A DNA stretch of 64,000 nucleotides, from NCBI GenBank assembly GCA_030390025.1, contig CM059432.1:125428001-125492000 (forward strand), in the 5' to 3' direction. This stretch comes from Squalus acanthias (lineage: Eukaryota). A model generated the notes under the pieces. It had not been told where the DNA came from and searched no databases. It worked only from the letters and a program-made list of their open reading frames with translations. Within the stretch, counting starts at the first letter, position 1. Every line of letters starts with the position of its first letter. Below, in pieces: positions 51,801 through 63,997 of the stretch. Position numbers and translations under genes: made by a program.

Positions 51801-52349
51801 AGAGAAAGATCATGTATGCAAGACAAAATACAGTGGAGAGTTCCCAGTTAGACCCCGAGGCTCACTAAAAATTACCTAGATATTGGACAGGTAAAGGCAC
51901 ACTGATGGTCATAAGTTGTGAAGGCTTGCCTGGGGAAATGGTCTGAGCTACTGAACACGAGAAAAAATGTCTAGAGAGTTAAGAACCAAAAAAAGAGAAT
52001 ACTCCCTTTTTGCCTTACTTTTGCTACTTTCTATAATCCTCCCAGTCCTCATTCATGTTCTTTGCCGTATATAAGCCGCCTTCTTTTAATACGGGTGCTA
52101 ATCACTCTCAGACTGGGGTTGCATCACCCCACAAGTGCCCCTTTTGGCTTACAGGGTACATAATTGCTTTGTAATCCATTAGTTACCTTTTAAAATAGAT
52201 TCCACTGTTAATTTATAGATTAACCAACACATAATTTCTCCCAACCTTATCCTTCCACATTCCATCAAAGATAACCTTGTTTAAAACCAAAACCTTGGTT
52301 TTTGGCAAGCTTTTCTCCCTTTCAAGCCTAATTATGAATTCAATCATAT

Positions 52350-53678
52350 TCATAAATCATACAGCACAGAATGAGGCCATTTAGCCCATTGTTTCTGTGC
52401 CAGCTCTTTGAAAGAGCTACCCAATTAGTCCCACTCCCCTGCTCTTTCTCCATATCACTGAAAATTTCTCCTTTTCAAATATATATATTCAATTCCCTTT
52501 TGAAAGTTGCCTCCGCAAGATCCTGCAAATCCATTGGCAGGATAGGCGCACCAACGTCAGTGTTCTTGCTCAGGCCAACATCCCCAGCATCGAAGCTTTG
52601 ACCACGCTCGATCAGCTCCGATGGACAGGTCACATTGTCCGCATGCCCGATAAGAGACTCCCAAAACAAGCGCTCTACTCGGAGCTCCGGCATGGCGAGA
52701 GAGCCCCAGGTGGGCAGAGGAAACGCTTCAAGGACACCCTCAAAGCCTCCTTGAAAAAGTGTAACATCCCCACCGACACCTGGGAATCCCTGGCCCAAGA
52801 CCGCACAAAGTGGAGGAGAAGCATCTGGGAAGGCGCCGAACACCCAGAGTCTCTTCGCCGGGAGCAAGCGGAAGCCAAGCGCAGGCAGCGCAAGGAACAC
52901 ACGTCAACCCAAGCACCCCACCCACCCGCCCCTTCAACCACCGTCTGCCCCACCTGTGACAGAGACTGTAGGTCCCGCATTGGACTCCTCAGTCACCTGA
53001 GAACTCATTTTTAATGTGGAAGCAAGTCATCCTCGGTTCCGAGGGACTGCCTAAGAAGAGAAGAAGAAAGTTACTACTGAATCTGCTTCCACCGCCCTTT
53101 CAGACAGTGCATTCCAGATCATAACAACTCGCTGCGTAAAAAAATGTCTCCTCATTTCCCTCCTGGATTTTTTGCCAATTAACTTCAATCTGTGTCCTCT
53201 GGTTACCAACCCTCCTGCCAGTGGAAACAGTTCCTTCCCATCAACCCTATTAAAATCCCTTATCATTTTGAACATCTCTTAAATCTCCCCTTACCCTTCT
53301 CTTCTCCAAGGAGAACAAGCCCAGCTTCTCCACATAACTTCCCTGGGACCATTCTGGTAAATCTCCTCTGCACCCTTTCCAAGGCCTTGACATCCTTCCT
53401 AAAGTGTGGTGCCCAGAATTGGACACAATACTCTAGCCAAGACCCAATCAGTGTTTTATAAAGGTTTACCATAACCGCCTTGCTTTTGTACTCTATGCCT
53501 CTATTCATAAACCCAAGGATCTCGTATGCTTTAACAACCTTACCGACTTGTCCAGCCATCATCAAAGACTCGTGCATGTGAACCCCAGGTCTCTCTGTTC
53601 GTGCATCCACTTTTAAATTGCACCATATAGTTTATACTGCCTCTCCTCATTTTTCCTTTCAAAATGAATTACTTCACT
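52350..53678 (-). mobile_element. CR1 3' fragment interrupted by an RTE element
   Basis: LEYCVQFWAPH..ALERVQRRFTRM; FFTQRVVMIWNAL. Confidence 0.9.
52509..53065 (+). mobile_element. RTE-clade LINE 3' fragment
   Basis: QLRWTGHIVRMPDKRLPKQALYSEL..GGQRKRFKDTLK..CPTC..IGLLSHLRTH; (AAG)n tail; TSD GAAAGTT (52502-52508, 53066-53072). Confidence 0.9.
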
Positions 53679-54142
53679 CCTCATTGCTCAAGGATTTGCT
53701 ATAAATTTTGGCTTTAAGCTAGAACACTTTCTACTTATGTCTAATCTGATCACATTATCATTTTGTAAAAACATTCCCTCCAGTCAGGGTTGTGTTCTCG
53801 TGCACTGTGGGCTGTTATTTGTTTACCTGCAGCCTTCATGCTAAAGGGCAATGTCAAATGTATTTTTCTCTAAAAATGTTAAAACTTCTGCTAGAATGTT
53901 TTTCTGAATTACGTTGAACTGACCGCAAACATATCTGACCCAGCCACAAACTCCGTATTTTCGCCTCTGAATCCAGCCCCCGTCTCAGGTTGAAGCCAAC
54001 AGTTTGGAACCTCGGCATCCTATTTGACCCAAGCTGAGCTTCCGCCCTTATCTCCTCTCCATCACAAACACTGGCTACTTCCACCTCTAACATCGTCTGT
54101 CTCCGCCCCATCTCAGCCCATCTGCTGCCGAAACCCTCATTT

Positions 54143-55025
54143 CATAGAAATTAACGGCACAGAAGGAGGCCATTCAGCCCATCGTGTCTGTGCTGGCCCA
54201 AAAAGAATCATCCAGCCTAATCCCACTTTCCAGCTCCTGGTCCGTAGCCTTGTAGGTTACGGCATTTCAAATGCATATCAAAATACTTTTTAAATGTGAT
54301 AAGGGTTTCTCTGCCTCTACCATCCTTTCAGGCAGCGAGTTCCAGACCCCCACCACCCTCTGGGTGAAGAAAAATTCTCCAACTCCCCTCTAATCCTTCT
54401 ACCAATTACTATAAATCTATGCCCCCTGGTTATTGATCTCTCTGCTAAGGGAAATAGTTCCTTCCTATCCACTCTATTTAGGCCCCTCATAATTTTATAC
54501 ACCTCAATTAAATCTCCCCTCAGCCTCCTCTGTTCCAAAGAAAACAACCCCAGCCTATCCAGTCTTTCCTCATAGCTAAAATTCTCCAGTCCTGGCAACA
54601 TCCTCGTAAATCTCCTCTGTACCCGCTCTAGTGCAATCACATCTTTCCTGTAATGTGGTGACCAGAACTGCACGCAGTACTCTAGCTGTGGCCTAACTAG
54701 TGTTTTATACAGTTCAAGCATAACCCCCCTGCTCTTATATTCTGTGCCTCAGCTAATAAAGGAAAGTATCCCATATGCCTTCTTAACCACCTTATCTACT
54801 TGTCCTGCTACCTTCAGGGATCTGTGGACATGCACTCCAAGGTCCCTCTGTTCCTCTACACTTCTCAGTATCCTACCATTTATTGTGTATTCCCTTGCCT
54901 TGTTAGCCCTCCCCAGGTGCATTACCTCACACTTCTCCAAATTGAATTTAATTTGCCTCTTTTCTGCCCACCTGACCAGTCCATTGATATCTTCCTGCAG
55001 TCTACAGCTATCTTCCTCATTAATT
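54143..55025 (-). mobile_element. CR1 3' fragment present only in duplicate copy B
   Basis: ORFs 54317..54721 and 54749..55078; splits an L2 that is contiguous at ~48515 in copy A. Confidence 0.92.
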
Positions 55026-57067
55026 ACTCTACATCTAATGGGAACTTTGAAATTTATGCCTCTCACCTCCAGATGCAACTATTCCAATGCTCTCCTGGCC
55101 GACCTCCCATCTTTCATCCTCCGGAAATTTCAGCGCATCCAAAACTCTGCTGTCTGTATCCTAACCAGCACCAAATCCTGTTCACCCATCTCCCTTGTGC
55201 TCACCTGACCTACATTAGCTTCCACTCCCCAAATGCCTCCATTTTAAACTTGGGTTGAAATCCCTTTAACGGCCTCACCCCTCCCCATCTCTATAACCTC
55301 CTCCAGCCTTCCAACCCTCCAAGAACTATGCATTCCTCCCACTCTAGCCTTTTACACATCCCCGAAATCATTGGCTGGTGTGCCTTCAGCCATCTGCTCG
55401 GCAATTCCCTCCCTAAACCCCTCCGCCTCTCTCTCCTCCTTCAATGCCCTCTTTGACCAAGCTTTTAGTCATCCCTCCCAACATCTTTCTTTGGCTTGGT
55501 GTCAAACTTTGTCTGTTTATGTTTCTGTGAAGCACCTCGAGTGCTTTCCTGTGTTACAGGTGCTGTACAAATGCACGTTGTTATTGCTGTGGTCGATAAT
55601 AGCTCCTTTCAACAACAACAACAAAATCACAATCCACAATCTCCTTAATTCAGTCAAGACTGGTTAAATCCCTCCTCCTGTTTTATCTGATGAAATTTGA
55701 AACGTTCTGTGCTAACCTGAGGTTTTGAACAGAGATGTTCCTTCAATAAATTTGCCAGGTCACCAAATGTGGTGAGAAGACGAATCCAGAACAGCTTTTT
55801 TAATTTAAAAAAAAGAGGAAATGGAAAAAATATTTGAAACCGAAACATTTTTAAAGGGTATGGGGGAAAAGGCAGCAGAATGGGACTAAATGGATAGCAC
55901 GCTCAGAAAGCAAGCACAGCAGCGATGGGCTGAACGGCCCCCTTCTCTGTGTTGTAATCGTCTATGATTTTATGCTTCTCATTAAGTTATAAACTTGAAA
56001 GCTGCAAAGTATTTGGAGGGGTGGAGAAGAAGTCTACTTATCGTGAAATCATAAACATGCACTTTCACTATACAGAATAAGCAGTGGAAATCTCTCCCCC
56101 CCCCCACCCCTTCTTTAAAGAGGGTACATATAAAACCTAAACAGAATGCAGTGTTTCTTACCCCGGCTCCCCCGCAAGGCACCAGCACATAACTTCACTA
56201 AACATTTTGTTAAACTCATTGAACTGGGAATATAGAAAGAGATACCGCAGTGAGAAACGTGGAAAAAATGTCAAGAGTTAAGAACCAAAAATAAAATACT
56301 CCTTTTTTGCCTTCCATATTACTTTGTTGGCTTTCTTTTGCTACTTTCTATAATCCTCCCAGTCCTCATTCCTGGCACTATTCTTTGCCGTATAAGCTGC
56401 CTTCTTTTAATACGGGTGCATCACCCCACAAGTGCCCCTTTTGGCTTTCAGGGTACATAATTGCTTTGTAATCCATTTACCTTTAAATAGATTCCACTGT
56501 TGATTTATAGATTAGCCAACACATAATTTCTCCCAACCTAATTGTTCCTCATTCCATCAAAGTTAATCTTGTTTAAAACCAAAACCTTGGTTTTTGACCA
56601 GCCTGATTATGAATTCATTCACTTTCATAGACATAGAATCTTAAGCACAGAAGGAGGCCATTCGGGCCATCGTGCCAGCTCTTTGAAAGAGCTATCCAAA
56701 TAGTCCCACTCCCGTGCTGTTTCCCCATAGCCTTGCAAATTTCTCCTTTTTAAATATGTATCCAATTCCCTTTTGAATCTGCTTCCACCACCCTTTCAGG
56801 CAGTGCATTCCAGATCATACAACTCGCTGGGTAGAAACAATTCTTCTCCGTTCAGAGCACGGAGGGAGCAGAGCACCTGGGACAGGGTGGGGGGGTCAGG
56901 GTGGAGGGAAGCAGGTGCCTGGAGGGAGCACAGTGGGGGGCGATCCGCAACAAGTGACATCGTGAGATGGTCCAAAATCCAGAAATAAGGACACAGTATC
57001 ACTATTCATTTTGTAATGTTAAAGGTGACACCCCACCCCCTCCCCCGCCACTTCCTAGCCGATAAAT

Positions 57068-57731
57068 CTGAAAACAATAAAACAATCCATGACCCACACA
57101 CAATGTCCCAGTCACCTCAACTCTCTCCCAGAGTGTAAATTTTGACGGAGTGATTACTGAGTGTGGATACTTCCGGTTTCCAGTCAACCTGTGATGTCAT
57201 CATTCTGAGCATGCGCCGGGCCACCCGATGACATCACCGAGCAAGCGCCGGGCCACCCGATGACGTCATTCTCACGCACGCTAAAGCTACGCCTCCGCCA
57301 GTGATGTCCCTTGTCATTATACCCCCCTCACCGTTCCCATTGAATGAAATGCGCTTCACTAAACCAACCTTGTAGCTCAAATGATGTAAAATAGTCACGG
57401 CTGCGGATTTGCCAAATTCAGCCTCAGAGAAATGGCTACAGCGCCCCGCAGGATCCTGCAGTGCCTGTTCATGGGGTCACATATTTGAAGGGGCTCACAA
57501 GTAAATTGATGTATTGGCTGGCGTGGAGAATTTTCAGAGTCAAAGCGAGGTGGGAGGCTGCTCAATGTGGAGGCATCACTCCCCCAACAGCTCAGAATGA
57601 TGACATCACAGGTTGACTGGAAACCGGAAGTATCCACTCAGTAATCACTCCGTCAAAATTTACACTCTGGGAAGAGAGTTGTGGTGACTGGGACAGTGTG
57701 TGGGGGTCAGGGATTGTTTTATTGTTTTCAG
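57068..57731. repeat. Long inverted repeat, ~143-bp arms and 379-bp spacer
   Basis: 57068-57210 versus the reverse complement of 57590-57731: 4 substitutions and 2 small indels by eye. Confidence 0.93.
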
Positions 57732-57749
57732 TTGATCATGTTGATAGTG

Positions 57750-59866
57750 TATGACTGGCATAAATTGGTGCCGTTCAGCCCTCTATAGAGTGGGGCCTGG
57801 CTTGCCAGACTGCTTAATTGGTATAGTTACTTCATTCACCTGCTTGTCCATTTGGTCAGCCCTAAACCAGGGCAGTAGCTACTGTGCCGCTCCTCTGCCT
57901 GGCCACAGAACTAGTTGTGTTCCTCCTCACTGGGTTCTCTTTGGACCTTGGTGTATGAAACTTCAAATGATTACCACCCACCTCCAGGGTGGGCAAGGGC
58001 CAAAGATTTAGAGAATCACAGTAAAGCCTTTACAATGGCAGCAGTCAGCTCTCGACGAGGTGCAAGAAAACACTGCGATACTGAAGGGCGGCACAACCTT
58101 ATGATGCACAAGTCAGTTGCATCCCTCAAAAGGTGCTGAATGCCTGGAGAAAGAAGCATCTGAGCAGCCTGGTGCCTCCAGATGGACCCTTGCCTGCACT
58201 GATCCACCCATTCTGCCTTGGCATCTGGTTTACTCAAGCAACAGTTCAGATAGATTCATTCAGGGTGACGGTATTACCTACACAGAGCAAATATCACTGG
58301 GTGAATCCCAAAGCAGCAGTGAGCAGGAGGAGCTGGTGGGCAACTTTGAGGAGACATCTCCCTCTCTCCCCCCGGAGGTGACATAAGCAAGAGGCCTCAG
58401 CTGAGGATTCCAAGACCAAGATCTCAGGGGCCGAGGCCGTTAAAGATCAACGATTGAGGAGCACTGGTCTCACAGGCAGGCAGTGGAGACAGGCTCTTCT
58501 CTCACGGTGCTGATGACGGGAGGCAGGACACGAAGCGAGGAAGAACCTGGTGAATGTGGCAGACTAGGAGATCAATGTAGCTGGCAAACAGACATTAGGA
58601 GGAGTCTGTAAGAGCTGTTGTCCCTTCTGTACTGGCAGCAGTTACTGCTTCCATAAATGGCAGTCTTACAAAGTAGCCTTGACTGCTCAGAAAATGCAGT
58701 TTCAACATACAGTAGTAGACTTGCCTCCTGGTCAAATCTGTGTTCTAGAATCACAACCCTGTGCGCTTGCATTAAGCCATTCCCCATCACCCCCCCACCG
58801 CCACATTCATTTGATTCTGGTGGATGCGCTGCCAGCTGAATGATCAGGGCCACAGAAGGGTCACGGGAGGGAAATCATGGCAGAAATCGAGGTGGCCAGT
58901 TCTGGTGCAGAGTTTTGGCTGAGGGACCCTGCCCCACTTCACTTGCCAGACCACCACCCAGAAGTGGATGGTTTTCTGGCCTGTGGGTCAGTGGAAGCTG
59001 TGACGAGTCTGCTGCTAAGAGCACACCTTGACTCGCTTGTGCAGTGTTGTCCACTGAGGCACGAGGGAGCTACTGATGTGCTGGGGCCAGTGCAGAGAAA
59101 AAAATCACTCGATTTAAATGTAGGAATGACATCAATAAATCATTCTTCACACAAAGTGGGATCAACACTTGATTCAAGGCAAGCCAAATGGTCTTGCTCA
59201 CACAGTGATCGCTTTGTTTTTTGAATGAGGAAGAGAAGGAGCAATGGAATGAGGATGAGCAGCATTCATAGATACACATAACCCAACTGGCAGAGCAGCA
59301 TGGAGAGAGGAGGAGGAGGCACTGTGCACTACGCTGCCTGCAATTCCCAACAGCTATCGCCTGTGTTTCAAAAGAGACCGCGTTACCTGCAGCTGTGGAG
59401 TAGAAGGCAATGCTGCTGTCCATTGGCCCCATACCCGTCTGCCACCTTTTCCACACTGCCATGAAATAACATGGCTTTTTGAAAAGGCATCGGCATCGGT
59501 CGCGCTGGGGGAGGTAGCAGTCGTCATTGGGGGTGGGGGGCCGGGGCAGCAGGAGGCAGTAGCCACGATCAGGAGAGGGTAGCAGCCCACGTTCTTTGAA
59601 CACAGGGTCTGGAGGAGCACTCCTGCTCCTCCCGGCTCCATAATCAAGTAAGTATATTTTAAACAACAGAAAATGCTGGAAACGCTCAGCAGGTCAGGCA
59701 GCGTCCGTGGAGAGAGAAGAAAAGTATATTTTAAACACTTACCAATATGGCGGGAGGCGCACTTCCAGCTTGTAATGAGCATGCGCTTCCTGCCCAGCAT
59801 ATTGGAGGCTTAGGAGGTCGTTTAGCACCCAGACAAATGGACGTTGAGCGGCCCAATTTCAAAGCC
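57750..59866. mobile_element. Probable decayed Harbinger-like DNA transposon segment
   Basis: Right end GGCCCAATTTCAAAGCC followed by ATT; shared hairpin at 59611; interior has disrupted coding-like stretches. Left end unknown. Confidence 0.4.
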
Positions 59867-60099
59867 ATTAACTACTTTTCTCCCACTACACACTTCTTTC
59901 CCCTCTACTCTCCTTTTCTTCTGATATACAGACATAAAAGGTTATTGAAATCATGCATGACAGTTGTCTTCCCCTCAATATGTCTCACCTATCAGATCAG
60001 TGAACTATAAATCTTAATTTGCTTCAGAGGGGCGAAAAGTCCAATCTAGTATATCGATACAAGGGTGAACTGAGTTTCAATCAATCAGTGACTGATGGG

Positions 60100-60290
60100 A
60101 TAAACATCTCGCCTCTCTCTCGACTACTATCAACATCTGCTCCTCGAGACTGCCTTCACTTGGTCCACCCTTGCCTATCCAATCGCAGCCCGAGCATCTC
60201 AAGCAACGGCCTCTCTCCTCACCCCGCATCATCACTTCCAGGGTCCTCCAAGGATCCATCAATGGCCCGCCCCTCTTCCGCACTCAAAAA
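60100..60290 (+). mobile_element. L2 RT fragment, degenerate
   Basis: ITSRVLQGSINGPPLF, cf. [15 protein letters not shown]. Confidence 0.6.
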
Positions 60291-60466
60291 GCACAAGAAA
60301 AGTTGTGTGGGGGAAAATGGTTGGTGGGGGGGGGGGGGGGGGGGGGGGCGGTGGCAAAGGGGGAACTCACACTGATGTAGAATGGGTGCTCTTGTGAGGT
60401 AGAGGAAGAATGGAGCAAGCTTTATTCTGGCCTGTTCAATACCGGTCTGAGAGTATACATATCTAT

Positions 60467-60920
60467 GTCAGCTGTGGTTCAGCTGGTAGCACTCTCACCC
60501 TGAGTCAGAAGGTTATGGTTTCAAGTCCCACTCCAGAGACTTGAGCACAAAATCTGGGCTGACACTCCAGTGCAGTACTGAGGGAGTGCTGAGCTGTCGG
60601 AGGTGCCGACTTTCGGGTGAGACATTAAACCGAGGCCCTGTCTGCTCTCTCAGGTGGATGTAAAAGATCCCGTGGCACTATTTCAAAGGGCAGAGGAGTT
60701 CTCTCAATATCCTAGTCCTGGCCAACATTTATCCCTCAACCGACACCTAAAAACAGATTATCTAGTCAATAAAACATTGCTGTTTGTGGGACTTTGCTGT
60801 GTGCAAGTTGGCTGCCGTGTTTTACAACAGTGACTACGCTTCAAAAAAAGTACTCATTGGTTGTAAAGCGGTTTGGGACATCCTGAGGTAGTGAAAGGTG
60901 CTATATAAATGCAAGTCTTT
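60467..60920 (+). mobile_element. Full-length SacSINE1/DeuSINE-like SINE
   Basis: tRNA head (TGGTTCAGCTGG A box, GTTTCAAGTCC B box), Deu-domain-like GGAGGTGCC..AAACCGAGG..AAAGATCCC core, L2-type tail. Confidence 0.8.
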
Positions 60921-61778
60921 AATAGTTTAAGTATGCATGCTTTTAACCTCATTTAATGTATAAATAACTTTAATGCACATAGAATATTGATAAAGGTTTT
61001 ATATTTATTTTAGTCAACAAAGCTGTCCCAATCATATTCACTTTGACTAACTATTCAAAGATGGCTCCACTAATGACATACCAATGCCATCTAGGGGTGA
61101 CCGAATTAACCACAAAACATTTTTGAAGCAGGAAATCTCAAGTTTAAAAAAAATGCTTTGAATTAAACAAAAAACACTTTAAAAAAATTGATAAAAATTT
61201 GTAACACTTTTTAAAAAGTTGAAAATATCATCCTTATTACATTCATTTGTAATTTTTCCCCTCCCTTACACTGCTCCGCTCAGCTCCTCCAAATCAGTAC
61301 ACCCAACAAGCGCTTAATAATGAAACAAAATCAAATTAGAAATGAACAAACTAAAGAATACAAAAATCATAGACAACATAAAGTCTTTAAATAGCACCTA
61401 AGGGAGCCCGAGCTGCGACACTCTCTTTACGTCAAGCTACAATAGCCCCAATGTTTTCCTCTCATTGCTGTTCAAAAGTCATTGATGGGAAGGAAACGAC
61501 ACAGGGGAAAGATAACAAAAAAAACTCGTTGGCTCGACGCAAACTCAGCAAGGGTTTTACATTCAATTAAATGCTGCCTCCTAGTTTTCACTGTGAACTT
61601 GCTATTCCTACAGTTCTGTAGTGAATAGCTAGCTTCCATCAATTTCAGAAAAGCAAGCATCTTTATTGCATTCTCACTGAAGATAATCAATACGGCTGGG
61701 AAGCATGGGAACACAGAATATTGAAAAGAAACAACTGCTTTAAAAAAAATGCTGCCAAGGAAAATATACTGCACTCAC

Positions 61779-61866
61779 CTTTTCCTGATCATTATTCTGC
61801 AGTTCTCGTCCTGCAGGCTCCATAGACTCACATATGGCAGCTCAAATGCATTCAGCTTTTTCAGCA
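61779..61866 (-). CDS. SNX31: SNX31 coding exon (88 nt), FERM-like domain: (V)LKKLNAFELPYVSLWSLQDENCRIMIRK
   Basis: Minus strand ...cttggggcag|TGCTG...AAAAG|gtgagt. Resembles recalled human SNX31 VVKKLADFELPYVSL...CKVGLRK. Terminal AG joins the first T of the 13091 exon to make Ser, in frame. Confidence 0.88.
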
Positions 61867-62774
61867 CTGCCCCAAGAATATGAAACAGACAACATAAAAT
61901 CATACTCTTGAAAATCTTTTTTTTCCATCCTCAAGTATATAATTTATGTTCAATTTGTTTTAATGGAAGTCTACTGCAGGGATATGGGGAAAGAGCGAGG
62001 AGGTGGGACTAATTGGATAGCTCTTTCAAAGAGCCAGCACAGGCACGATGGGCTCAATCACACACACACACACACACACAATCTCTCTGAAGGTTTGAAA
62101 AAAGTGACCGAGGGCACAGATACTGCACACTTGGGTCGCTCAATCTTACAAAGATAGTATTTTAGCACTCTGTGCCAGCCAGCTGCAACTCAACACTGGG
62201 TTACTTACATTTTCTGGTTAGACACCGTCAGCTCAACACTAGTTAATTACATTCTCTGGTTGCAGATGGTCACTCACCAATAAGTAATAGTTACTCGGCC
62301 AAGTCAAGGCAATAGAGCACATTGCTGCCAATATCTGCACATTTCTAAGAGTGAGATTTTACAGCCATTTTTAATATGAATAGTGCTTACAGGCTAAACC
62401 GGCACAGGGCCAATACCTATAGTTAACCTGACCTTGTGCTCGTAAAAGTTATAGGTCTGGCATTGTCTAGACACAATAATTATCTTGTCCTCATTTTAAA
62501 AGACCTGTGCTCTCTATGTTTACTTGTTATGACTATAGTACAAGAGCTGATATGGGCTTTGGGACTATCTGGAGTGGAAGCACCAGGACAGAAGTTTATA
62601 AACTGGGTTTGCAGGGTTTTAGTTCACCTCGCGCAGGGGATACGGGACATTGGAAGAATGCCAGAGAATTCTGTATTTATTAGCACGTTATGTATGCTGC
62701 TGCACATGAATAAAAAAATGTTTTCTGCAAATGATAGATCTGCTTTTATGTGGGTAGCTGGCACGGTCTTTTGG

Positions 62775-63198
62775 AAAGAAAGAATGAACTTCCATTTATA
62801 TAGCGTCTTTCGTGACTTCTTTCAGGACATCCTAAAGTGCTTATCAGCTAATTAAGTACTTTTGAAATGTAGTCACTGCTGTAGTGTAGGGAAACACAAC
62901 AGCAATGAGACAAATGACCAGATAATCTGTATTTTTTTTTTAAAGTGATGTTGGTTGAGGGATAAATGTTGGCCAAGACATTAGGAGAACTCCCCTGCTC
63001 TTCTTCGAACGGTACCATGGGATCTTTAGCATCCACCGGAGACAGCAGATGGGCCTCAGTTCAATGCCTTATCTGAAAGCACTCCCTCAGTACTCATTGG
63101 AGTGTCCGCCTAGATTATGTGCGCAAGTCTCTGGAGTGGCACTTGAATGCACTTCTAACTCAGAGGCGAGAGTGCTCACACCGAGCCAAGGCGGACAC
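62775..63198 (-). mobile_element. SacSINE1/DeuSINE-like SINE
   Basis: Reverse-complement match to 60467-60920 along most of its length. Confidence 0.8.
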
Positions 63199-63997
63199 CT
63201 AAAGAAAGCTCGGATTGAGGGCTCGGTGGGGAAGGAAAGAGGAGTCCCCAGGACTGTGTAACCATTTGCAGAGTGTTCATGGGTATAAATCAGCATTTTG
63301 CAGGGGGGGGGGGGGGGTCGCCCATAGACAGGAGTTTTGAAAGTACTGCATTAGACGTTACGTAATCCACAATAGACAGGGTCATGACAGACTCTCTCCA
63401 TCAAAATGGTGCAGATGTTAAAAGGTCAGTTCTTAAACCTTTTATTATAAAAGCTGAGATACAAGTGAATATGCGCACTTGTTCATGTTTTGGTGAACAC
63501 AAACCATTAAGATTGAGACATTAAACATATTGCTGCAGCTATAGTATTGTGAAAAATTGAAGAATTTCAATTTTGTCATCTCATCTTGTCTATAAAAACT
63601 CTAAAAATTAACAGACAAAGAGAAATAGAAAAACCAAGTACAATGCTGGTACTGTGTGTTTACTGGAAATATAAGCAATACGTCACTTGAAGAGTCTAAT
63701 ACAATTATAAGCCAGATATGAGAGATAGAGTGGGAGAGAGAAATGCACTAGAAAGTATGCAGTTATTTTACAATTATAGATCTCTATGTTGAGATATTTG
63801 CAGTTCCATAATAACCATTTCTTTATATAATTTATTGAATAAAACTGCAGCCTCACAGGAAATCTTGGATCAACTGTGAAAGATACAATATATACATTTA
63901 TATATACTTCTGACAAAGTGCACTTATGAAGCTAATGCATCTTCCACAAGGATGATATCTTGAATACCCTACGGAGCTAAATTAGTTTGGAACTTAC

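Larger units (their letters stand above)
48120..56850. repeat. Local tandem duplication: copy A ~48120-53678, copy B ~53679-56850
   Basis: Colinear blocks 48121/53679, 49340/55640, 49700/55990, 51961/56262 and 52350/56627, crossing several TE boundaries. Confidence 0.9.

Noticed and set aside
57068..57731. Endogenous viral genome bounded by ITRs
   Set aside because: ETS and CRE motifs recall viral termini, but no Rep, capsid or polymerase ORF is recognisable between or beside the arms.
60324..60348. Poly-G tracts as functional G-quadruplexes (also ~5281-5310, ~14932-14946, ~63303-63317)
   Set aside because: Homopolymer runs mostly within or beside repeats, with unreliable length and no evidence of function.
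60467..60545. tRNA gene (also 35230-35309 and 46850-46915)
   Set aside because: A and B boxes run straight into SINE bodies; no convincing cloverleaf.
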